Origin: Antedon mediterranea
Lineage: Eukaryota > Animalia > Echinodermata
NCBI RefSeq assembly: GCF_964355755.1
Contig: NC_092675.1
Span: 11,775,812-11,839,811, forward strand
Length of the DNA stretch: 64,000 nucleotides
Direction of reading: 5' to 3'
The notes beneath the pieces are model-generated. The model ran no database searches. It was not told where the DNA came from and saw only the letters and a program-made list of their open reading frames with translations. Made by a program: the position numbers and the translations under genes. Positions 53,701 through 64,000 of the stretch are shown here, one piece after another. Position 1 is the stretch's first letter. Each line of letters begins with the position of its first letter.

Positions 53701-55164
53701 TAAACAAAGGAAAATCGAATAGATATTAGTAAAACTGTATTCAGAATAAAAAAAAGCTATCCTACGATACCAAACAGTAAAGTATTTGAGAAAATTAAAA
53801 TTTTGACCTTTTTGGTCACATGACTTGTTTTATTGTTAAATAACTATGTAACTATGCATTTTTTGATATGGATGTAATGGGATAAAATGATCAGTATTAC
53901 ATTCCCTTTCCGATGATACCATGGATGACAAAGTTACAAAATGGCGGCTGAAGGAGTGGTCGAAAAAAATGGCACCTAACTGTTTTGAATTCAGCAACTC
54001 AAGAATAACAAAGTTAGCCAATAAAATCTATTTTGGCACAAATGTCGAGCTGGAGCTAGTTTTTCTTACATATGTGACTGTACTATTGTATCAAACTTTT
54101 AAAAAATCCAATCTTTTTTTTTTTGTAATTTTGTAATATATTGTTCCATATGGACAGTTCTGTCTGAAATAAAGTTGAATTGAAATTGAATTGATTGGTA
54201 TTGTAATTTTGTTTGTAGATTCATGCTGAAGAATACGGACGGACGTTTAAATGTAATTTTCTCTTATCTGATACGTTTTTTATGTCAAACTTTGTGTTAT
54301 TACTTTTAAAATATTATTAAAATAATTACTATAAGGTGTTTGCTTATTACCCAAACATCAGAACAGGATTGAACGACAGGATTTTCACCCGATGGCCTAA
54401 ATGTATTTACCAAAAAATGTGGCCATTTTCATGGTTTTTAAAAATTTGCTAAAGAATTTGCAATTTTTCGCGAAAGAATCGACGACCTTTTGCCAGTTTT
54501 GCGAAAGCAAATTTGACCTTAGCATGTGCAGTTATGAAATATGATTGTGGTGAATTCAGAAAATGGCATCCTGATGATGTCGCGGTTGAGTGATCACGCT
54601 AAAAAGCTTATCATGGCTAAGTTTTACTATGATAAAGATAATGTAAAAACTTTTTAGATAATTGGTACACAAAAGAAATAAAAAGAAGAAAAGTAATAAT
54701 ATTTTGTACAATAACAATAGGTCATCTTTTAAGGTCCCTAACTGTTACCAAAAAAACACAAACAATAAACATAACCTCAATCTAATTTTTCCATTAGCAT
54801 TAAAACCTACACATAGTCTAAACACCTTGTCACAACAACTGCAGCATTACATTTTCTACTTACACTTTTGCTTCAGGGTGGAGAGTCATGATGAAGTGTT
54901 TGGAAGCTAATAGAAAATACTCTGCTTACGTCAAGCATGAAAATATTGAGTTTGTCTAGGTTGTAATAAACGATGCCATTATTTATAACTCATCAAAAGA
55001 TTATTAGCAATGTTAATAATCTTTTGATGAGCATGCCAATGGGTAATAACAGGATTATGATAGATATCCTAATATTTCAGCTACTTTCTCACACAAATGC
55101 TCTTCTACAAGTCATTATCTACAGGTTATTATGATAAATTATTTCTATTTAACTTCTCTTTCAG

Positions 55165-55303
55165 GCAGAGAGAAAGAAAATTGAAGCAAATAGTACAGCT
55201 GATGCTGAATTACTTTCAAAGAGTTCATTGGATATTGACATTTTAGCAGAAAGGGAAGAAGATAAAGAGTTAGCAGCTCTTATGAAATACAACGTTGTAA
55301 AGT
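55165..55303 (+). CDS. CCDC130: CCDC130/YJU2B coding exon after the 50-kb intron (absent from the ORF track)
   Basis: Strong acceptor ttaacttctctttcag|; phase-0 translation AERKKIEANSTADAELLSKSSLDIDILAEREEDKELAALMKYNVVK is colinear with recalled human EKKKAIQEEEERDQALQAKASLTIPLVPETEDDRKLAALLKFHTLD; donor T|gtatgt at 55304. Confidence 0.88.
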
Positions 55304-55923
55304 GTATGTATACCTATTTCTGCTAGCTAAAAACAAAAACAATATATTGGGAATTGTTTTACTTCTAACATTTGTTATGATTTCATTCATCGGATTCAAT
55401 TCAAAATTTCAAATTTTAACTTCATCGGACTAGTGGTTCTTTTAAACGAAAAATTGGTGGCCGCCACATTTCAAAGAGCTGTATCTATATATCTATATAT
55501 ATATTTTGAAAACCAAGATATTTTTGTAAAGGGGAGATCTTAAGGAATCTAAATATAGTTATTGTGTGTTAATGTGTACTCTTGATAGAAAAGTTAACAT
55601 ACCATGTAATTTAGGTATCTTTTTATATACTTATACGCAGTATGTAAGTTCATCTAGCATACAGTAACAAGGTGGAAAAAACCAATTTATGCTAGGCAAT
55701 CTAGCATTTTGATTGGAACAAATTGCAAACAGAGATTTTTCTTTTTTAATAATCACATATGAAAATTTGAGCATCACACCTCTGTCGCTCATCTACAGTT
55801 AAGGTGAAAATACAGGGTTACAGAGTTGATTTTCACTTATATTCAGGATGTATATTTATATTAATTTGCTCTAATGAAAGTACAACATTTGACCCTCTAA
55901 ACCGTTTATCAATGTTTTTGCAT

Positions 55924-56705
55924 GCATAATGCGACTAAAATGTCTGTAGAGTCTTTGTTTTTGGCCTCAAATGATTCAGATACAGGTTTCCAATAACCAG
56001 CATAGGACTGCTTTGGAATTCCCAAATCACACCTTTGTCACACACCTCAAAAGTATGCAAATTAGTAGTACAAGTTAAATGAAATATGCAAATAAGAGGA
56101 CCCGTGAAATTACTGTCTTCCCATATCTTGAAAACCATTATGCTAGGGCTAGATCATTACGTAAACCTCGACAAGCATGTTCATTCATAGAACAAAAGAT
56201 TCCAACTTCGTGTAAGAAAAACTACATTCCAATTAATAATAAAATGATACTTCAAGCTGAAATGTGTTTTCAATGTAATCAAATATCACAATTACGTAGT
56301 TATTTTGCCGAATATAAAAGCATGAGGAATCACACGGCAATTTTTTTTTCATTTAATAAAAACACAAATAGCTATTGTTTCATATTAAGGAATGCCTTGG
56401 CCCTTTGTCTTTAAAGTAAAAGCAGTTCACTAGAGAAATGTATTACTCAATGCCGTAACGAGTGAGTGAATGTGGGCTGTCCTATCATTACCCAATTAAC
56501 CATGTTTTGTCAAAATTTCGTCCGTGGAAAAACTGTGAGTAGGGTACATGTTTTCTGAATAGTACTACTAAATTTGCATACTTTCGAGAGAGTGACAAAT
56601 AAAAGGTATGATTTTGAAAATTACTAAAAAGTCATATGGTGGTTTTGGGTCAAAGCCAAAACAAAGTCTTTACAGACATTTTAATAGTTGCATTATAATT
56701 ATGCA
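55924..56705. mobile_element. possible old MITE bounded by imperfect inverted repeats
   Basis: taaaatgtctgtagagtctttgtttttggc (~55937) versus gccaaaacaaagtctttacagacattttaa (~56655); no TSD resolved. Confidence 0.4.
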
Positions 56706-57648
56706 AATGAGGCATCTCAAAATCGGCGTAGTGTCAACAATGAAGTAGCGACTCCGATTAGCTTGGCCTAGCCCAACGCGACAAGACTCTCTGTCAAAAC
56801 CCGCTATCAAAACTCGCTATTTTCTTCTCAATAACGGCAAACTAGTCAAAAATATATCACTGTGTGGTACATAATATTATATTTAACAAATTTAGTTTTT
56901 AAATATATGGATAAAAATAACGATTAACTTCCTAAATATTCACAAAATCTTGAAACTTTCATTTGAGAAACTACGATAGAAGCCATGCTGTTTCATTGTA
57001 AACAAAAGTGTCAGCCAATCAGAGAGTGTAATTTATCTCTATAGCCAATCACAGTCAAGGATTCACAAATTCTTGTTAGAAATTTCAGCAACCTAACACC
57101 TTAATCTATATATAAATTTACGTAAGGGCAAAAAATTGTTATTTCTGGAATGTTTATTCGATGGTATATAAAGTTGGTTAGAATCTCAGTACTGATTTTA
57201 ACCACCTGATGTAACCCTGTTTACTAATTAAATTGAGTTAGAAATTAGTTATTGACAATTAAAACGAATTTAGGTTCAATTTGCGATGAATGGAACATTC
57301 CAATCTCTCAGACTCCCAGTTAGTAGGTAAATTTATGAGCCCTTGGTTTAACACAAGTAGGTAAATTTATGGGCCCTTGGAGAAGAATAGTATTGCAATA
57401 CTTTGACAATATTGTAACCATTTTTGGTCGCCATTTGAATCGAAATTTTGTTACTGTGAATGTGGTTACTGTTAGATATATAAACACATACAAAGAACAT
57501 TTATTACCTGGGGCGGATCCAGACATTTTTGAGAGGGGGGGTCCGCCAATAAAAAGGGCACATCAGATATTGAGTATTTGAGCCACAGCCCCCCCCCCCC
57601 CCATGGTGGGGGTTGTGGCGAAGCGAATTTTGTTACAGGACACACTTA

Positions 57649-58574
57649 CGCCCGTATTCTTAAACCGGACTTTAGTCGTAGTTCGAGCTAAAACTAAAAA
57701 AATGACGTCATTTTAATTCATAAAACGAACTTCAACTAAATCACCGACTAAATCAGGCCAACCTCGACTAAATCGAGACGGATTTTGATCGATTTTTTTA
57801 GTCCTGGAGGGGGCAGACTAAATGGTCGACTAAATGGTTTTTAAACGATGTTTATAAAAAACGTAACAGTCATTGAGTTGTTATATTGGCCAGATATTGA
57901 AGAATGAAATATCTATATTTATATTAGCTTAATTAAATATACATTGGTATAAATTATAATAATGAAAATCATCTTTATTTACAACTGTATACAAATTACA
58001 TTATTTTCTTCGCGCAAGTCCGACTTGAGCTAGGTCACGCCATAGCGACAATGGGAGATGCGGCAATTCACCACGCGATGGAATGTTTAGGGGGCCTAGC
58101 GCTTTCTAGTCACGCTATGAAGTGCGTGGTTCGTGGCGATCATACTTTGTTGGGGCCTAGAAAATATAAAAGTTACCGTACCGCCATGGTTCCTAAATAT
58201 ATTTTTAAGATTTTATTTGTTGTTAATCAAATATACTTTACTGTTAAATTAATACTGATATTGTTCTAATAATTAACGATTAAAATTATTTTTCATGTAT
58301 ATAGTCCTGATGCGTAAAAAGTGTTGTAAGAAATGGAAAGTGATATCAATGCGCAAAATTTCGTCTGCTCCTCAAATACTCTCTTGTCATTGGCCAATGT
58401 ATAGCCTTTGTTACCCAGACGTGTGCAACTCGACTAAAAGCTCGACTTCATTAAGTCGAACTGCAAACTTCGACTACTTCGTTTTTTAATCGAATTTGAA
58501 GTAATAGCTCGAACTACGACTTTTCCAAGTCGAACTTCGAACTACGACTAAAGTCCGGTTTAAGAATACGGGCG
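57649..58574. mobile_element. Harbinger-like MITE
   Basis: Perfect ~38-bp TIR CGCCCGTATTCTTAAACCGGACTTTAGTCGTAGTTCGA; flanks tta/tga. Confidence 0.8.
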
Positions 58575-58820
58575 TGAGATGGCCGGAAATGGCACTCTCG
58601 CACGCAAAATCCATGATAAATGGCACCTTTCTAGTTTGCCGGAAATAACACTTTATTAGCAGGGATAACGATGCAAAATTAAAAGTTGTTATTTTTCAAC
58701 CAATTTAAACATTATCTGTTGGTATTTTGTTTCAATATTCCAATAAAGAAAGAATTACGAAAATCTGACTTGTAGTTTTCGAAATATAGGGTCTAAAACA
58801 TTGCCGAAAATGATCGTTAA

Positions 58821-58999
58821 AGCTTGGTTCCCACTAGAACGTAACGCAAAGACGTAAACGCAACGCAAGCGTTTTAACCAATGACAAGCGAAGTTATATA
58901 CAGTTAGCAATCACAAGCGAATAAGCCATCGCTTGTGATTGGTCAATTCACTTGCGTTGCGTTACGTCCTTGTGTTGCGTCGCTAGTGGGAACCACGCT
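58821..58999. mobile_element. short palindromic MITE (Harbinger/Tourist-like)
   Basis: AGCTTGGTTCCCACTAG ... CTAGTGGGAACCACGCT with internal inverted symmetry; flanks taa/tta. Confidence 0.75.
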
Positions 59000-60095
59000 T
59001 TATAGCCACGAACGTTGTAAACAAATTTCGCCATTTTTCGCTAAAATAATTACATATAATTACGTTTTATAGTAATTTCTTTTATATATTAACATTGGAA
59101 ATATCAATAAAATATGTTATTAAATGTTTATAAAATACTGTATATAGAGTTGTTTATTTAATGGAATTCGTACAAATTCATTGCTCTAAATTTGTGTAGT
59201 ACCGTTCAGTACAGAGAGATCACGTGACTTCTTGGTACACGCGAGAGAAAACATTCCGCTGTGGGTGATTCGTGTCCACCAATCAAATAGCCAGAATCCA
59301 AAATCATTCAACCGTGAGCTCTGCCGATCGCGGGAAAGCTCAGCTTTGATTGGCTTACGATGACATCATATCACAAAATGGTGGTTTTGTAGCTGAGCCT
59401 CACGTAATTTTCACAAATATTGTTTCAAAAATGAAATAAATGAACCTTCTTTATGGTATGTGTGATTTTTCTTTAAAAGATTTGAATAATAAAGGCTTCA
59501 TATCGAGAAAAAAACATTTTTTTGGCACTTATAATAAATATTTCTCAGAGAAAAAAGCACATGGCTTGTAGAACTATATTATCTTGGCTTAGGAAGACAA
59601 ACAAATCCCAGGTCATGATCGGCTCGGCTCCGGACCCCGTGGACCCCCCCTCTGGATCCGCCCCAGATTACTGTGACTGTGGGTAGTCTCTACTGCTGGA
59701 TATATAAACACATAATATACAAATACTTTATTACTGACAGTTGCTTCTCAACGTTTGTATTAATTAATAAACGTCGTAGTGGTGTATCGTTACATGTACT
59801 TTACTATTTCAATCGACTATAACAGGGACAGTTTTAAAAAAGTATTAAATCGTAAATGTTTTACTGTGTTTAGTGGTATATTATTAATAGGCCTATAAAA
59901 CATTTAAAACAATATTTCGTGGATAAAGAATATATTTAAAATTGTTCTTCCCATCCGCTTCCCCATCACTCACCTCAACTCTAATGTTATATACAAAACA
60001 CAAATTGGGTTTGTTCAAATTCAAGTTCATTCAAGTTCAAATAAAAAATTTGGACTCATTTTTAAGACAACTTTCTCCATCGGAAGTAGGCCTAA

Positions 60096-63000
60096 TTGGT
60101 TATCCGCAACGAAGTTGCAGGATAACCTCTTGTGATTGTACGAAATCATCATCAACATCAACTTTTTATTAGTTATCCGCACATGGCAGTGTGCGGATAA
60201 CTCCTTGTTATTGTATGGGATCTTTTTTTTCTTTTTGGTTATCCGCAACTTTAAGTTGCGGATAACCCTTGTGATTGTAAATATCTTTTTCTTCATCATT
60301 GGTTATCCGCAACGAAGTTGCAGGATAACCTCTTGTGATTGTACGAAATCATCATCAACATCAACTTTTTATTTCTCTTCTTTCTTTCTGTATGATTTTT
60401 GTGGAACGCTTTTCTCCAAAACTTGCAAACATAACATTTTGTAACTTTCTCAACATATCGTCGTGCACATGAAGATGTGCAGCGAAGCTTTTCATGATGT
60501 TTAAAATTGCGCAACGTGACTTACGCGTGATTTAACGATTTTGTCGTATTTAACATAGCTCGACAACCAAATAACATTTCAACTTGAAACTTTGCAAAAG
60601 TTTAATTTATATCATGCGCTAACTTTCTGTTGAAAAAAAATTGCGTGTTTTACACAAAGTTACGCGCGCACGCGCATATAAAATTTCAAAATGCGCAAAA
60701 TTAATTTATAATCAACTTTCTACGCGTTTCATGTCGTTTTAAGCATGTCAAAAATTCCCACGCGTGCGCACATTTTTACGTGTGCGGTGCGCACGTAGCA
60801 TTGAAAACGTATTTTTTTCGCGTAATTTATGTTTTTCCAGCCTTTTCTAGTAATTTTACTAAATTTTAAACAATTTCGACTTAAAGATACGTCATACGAG
60901 CACGTCGAATTGGACAATTTGCGCGCGTTTTTTATGAAAAGGTTAAAAAATTCGTTTAAAATATGCCTTTTTTTAAACAGTCGTAATTTCTAAACTAGAC
61001 GGTCAACTTTTTGTGGATGGCATATTCTGGAAATAGATGAGTTGTAGATATTGGATCAGGTATTAATATGGCTAACCGGACATTCTGACGTCATCGTATG
61101 GCCACGCGAATATAAAATTTAGGATTTTTGTATCTTTCGTCATAGCTCATCACATTGAATAGAGCGCATCTCCAATTATCCGTTTTCCATTTTCACCCCG
61201 ATTTTGATATTGTCTAGGTCAATCAACTATCTTTCGCATGAGTTAAAAATATTTTAATTTTTTTGACGTCATCGTGCCTAAAAATTTAAATCACGTGTGG
61301 CATTAATTTCATCTTTACAGTAAATTTTAATCTGTTATAGCTCGTAAGAATAAAATGTGATAATCACGATTAAAACTTTTTCTGGAAGCTATTGGATTGT
61401 AGATACGAAATTATGTAAAAATGTTGCCAATCGGATGTTGTGACGTCATCATATGGCCAGTTAAATAAAAAAGGTCGTATTTTCATCTTTTGCGTCATAA
61501 TTCATTACATTTAAAAGAGCGCGCATCAATATTTCACGTATTCAAATTTCTTCTACACGCTAATACGTTGTTGCTGAGATAATTTCCTTTCGGAATTGCT
61601 ACCTTCGCGTTTCATTTTAAAACCGTCAACATGTTAAAAATTGCAATAAATAGCGGGTCCCGTAATTTCACCTATTCTTCACTGTATGTGATATGGATAC
61701 AGATTATACTGTGTATACTATATATGAATTTAAATAATAAAATTCAGCAATAACAACATATCATATTCTTCAGTTCAGGTCATAATGCCAACGTGAACAC
61801 TTCCTTTTGTCCTCAACCTATCCCCTTAATGTTAATGTTGCACCACTTGCGCGGCGGATAACCAAACTCGTCAAAGTGACGAGTTACATGTCTAGTCTTC
61901 TTTGTTATTCTTCTTTCTTTCCCGGATTTTTGTGACCAGCATATCTCTATTGCTTGTGAACATAACTTTGTATAACTTTGTCAAAAGATTGACCTGTAGC
62001 TGTAGATGTGCAAGAAACTTCGTTATATGACGTTAGAGTCGCGCAGCGTGAGTTACGCGCGATTTTATGAATTTAAATGGTTGATCATAGATTATAAACC
62101 AAAAGTCATTTTTTATTGATACTTGGTGAAAATTTAAGTCATATCAAGGGCGAACTTTCTATGGATTAAAAATGGCCTGTTTTACAAGAAGTTACGCGCG
62201 CACGCGCATTTAAAGTTTCAAAATGCGCAAAATTATTTTCTAATCAACTTTCTACGCTGATCATGACATTTTAAGCATGTCAAAAATTCCCGCGCGTGCG
62301 AAAAAAATTACGCGTATGGTGCGCACGGAGTACGAAAATCATGTTTTTTTCTTTTGAATTGTAATTTTCTAGCCTTTCCTAGTCATTTTAAAAAAGATTG
62401 ACATCATTTCAAATTAAAATGACGTCATACGAACACGTTGATTTAGACAATTTGCATGCGTTTTAGTTGCAAAAGTGACAAAATATTGTCAAAATTATGC
62501 CTACTTTGAATCTATTATAGCTCCTCAGGATCAACCGTTACCCCCAATTTTTTTAATTTAATATGTAAGCAGATATGTTGTAGATATGAATTCATGCAGA
62601 ATCTTTACCCCTCGGATGTTATGACGTCATCGTATGGCCACACGAATGTAAAATATTGGATTTTTGACTGTTTCGCTATTGCTCATTACATTAAATAGAG
62701 CGCATATCGCTTATACGTATTCCATTTCCTCAGATATTTTAATATTGTCTCTGTCAATAAACTATCTTTCGCATGAGTTAAAAATATTTTAATTTTTATG
62801 ACGTCATTATGTCTAAAAATGTAAATAACGTGGGTCACTTCTTTTCATCTTAACAGTAAACTTCAATCTGTTATAACTCGTCAGAATAAAAAGTGACGCG
62901 CATGATTAAAACTTATTATAGAAGTTGTTGAATTGTAGATATGAATTCATATACAAATTTTGTCTATCTGATGTCATGACGTTATCATATGGCCAGTTGA

Positions 63001-64000
63001 ATTCAAAAAGTCATATTTTCATTTCTTGCGTAAAAGTTCATTGCGTTTAAACGAGAGCGCATGTCACTTTCACGTGCCCAAAATTCTTCATATTTGTATT
63101 AATGTAATTAATTAGATAATTATCTTCTAAAATCGTTATTTTTATATGTCAATTTGATGATTTCATCGTGTTAATAATTGGATTTAAAAGATGGGTATCG
63201 TAATTCCGTCTATGCTACACTGTATATAACATATACAGTGTATTCTGTAAATACTGTAATATGATGTATGCTACAAAATAGGTACAATTCAGCACTGTAA
63301 ACATATTTATTTCATGTCAAAGGATGGCATAATAATTGTCGGCGTTCATATTTTAAACGTATGTGCATGTTGCGTATGCGCGGATAACCCGAACTCGTCA
63401 AAGTGACGAGTTCAAATCTAGTTCTGTATTATTCTTCTGTCTTTCTTCCTTTTTTTGTGAGCCCTGTTACTCTAAAATGTGTGAACAGAACATATCATAA
63501 CTTTGTCAACATATAGATATTTACGTGAAGTTGTGCACATCCTATTTTTGAAAAACGTCAGAGTTGCGCAACGTGACTTGCGCGCAATTTTATGAATTTA
63601 AATGATTGATCATAGATTAAAAACCGAAAGTCATTTTGTATTGAGACTTGGTGAAAATTTAATTCATATCAAGAGTCAACTTTCTGTGGATTAAAAATGG
63701 CATGTTTCACACAAAGTTACGCGCGCACGCGCATTTAAAATTTTAAAATGCGAAAAATCAATTTCTAATCAACTTTCTACGCATTTCTTGTCATTTTGAG
63801 CATGTCAAAAATTCCCACACGTGCGCAAATTTTTACGCGCGAGGGGCGCACGTAGCTTTAAAAAGATACTTTTTTCGCGTGATTTATGTTTTTCCAGCCT
63901 TTTCTAGTAATTTTACCAACTTTTAAACAATTTCGACTTAAAATTACGTCATTACGAGCACGTCGAATTGAATAATTTGCGCGCGTATTTGATCAAAAAG
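60096..64000 (+). mobile_element. second nested HINE pile (four stacked heads), running off the window end
   Basis: Heads at 60096, ~60169, ~60235 and 60299; 3' ends at 61895 and 63421. Confidence 0.9.

Larger units (their letters stand above)
5155..55164 (+). other. 50,010-bp GT-AG intron of CCDC130, largely filled with transposons
   Basis: Joins two exons that are consecutive in the protein alignment, with compatible phase 0. Confidence 0.85.
57508..59666. mobile_element. TIR DNA element with an apparent 5-bp TSD (superfamily unassigned)
   Basis: attac|CTGGGGCGGATCCAGA ... TCTGGATCCGCCCCAG|attac; perfect 16-bp TIR. Confidence 0.75.
57105..60095 (+). mobile_element. third copy of the Helitron1 family, carrying nested insertions; its 3' end is not in the window
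   Basis: a|TCTATATATAAATTTACGTAAGGGC start; homology resumes at ~59690 and stops at gaagtaggcctaa|, where a HINE begins. Confidence 0.82.

Noticed and set aside
52130-54195. AATAAA plus microsatellite tails at ~52200 and ~54170 and an intervening repeat-like region
   Set aside because: Probably LINE 3' remnants and an old DNA element, but no coding motif, TIR or TSD could be fixed.
54876-54910. Possible extra exon after ttttgcttcag
   Set aside because: No similarity to CCDC130, stops follow quickly, and the protein alignment needs no exon here.
14029-60917. Recurrent short ORFs (..RHFDELVIRTTNATCTSYVG.., ..ARVGIFDMLKMT)
   Set aside because: Chance open frames in repeated non-coding element bodies; lengths and stops vary between copies and no domain is recognisable.

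Overview
AT-rich eukaryotic (metazoan) genomic DNA; the transposon repertoire suggests a marine invertebrate, possibly an echinoderm, but that is inference. One host gene is visible on the + strand: CCDC130/YJU2B (CWC16-family splicing factor). It has four coding exons in the window (4285-4477, 4582-4785, 4982-5154, 55165-55303) and a 50,010-bp intron (5155-55164) between otherwise ~100-200 bp introns. Almost all the rest is transposon-derived. The dominant feature is a ~39-kb pile (11643-50502) of roughly 20-25 same-orientation non-autonomous Helentron/Helitron2 (HINE-like) elements. They are nested into the T-rich 5' head of one another, so clusters of hairpin heads are followed by bodies that close in last-in-first-out order; a second pile starts at 60096. 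Also present: an L2/CR1-group LINE RT, Ty3/Gypsy remnants, an AcademX derivative with ~1.6-kb inverted arms, an AcademH-type element with a 9-bp TSD, a foldback MULE, Harbinger and hAT MITEs, tRNA-like pseudogenes, and a Helitron1 family whose terminal palindrome occurs in two inverted (flip/flop) forms. All coordinates and alignments were read by eye; no searches were run.
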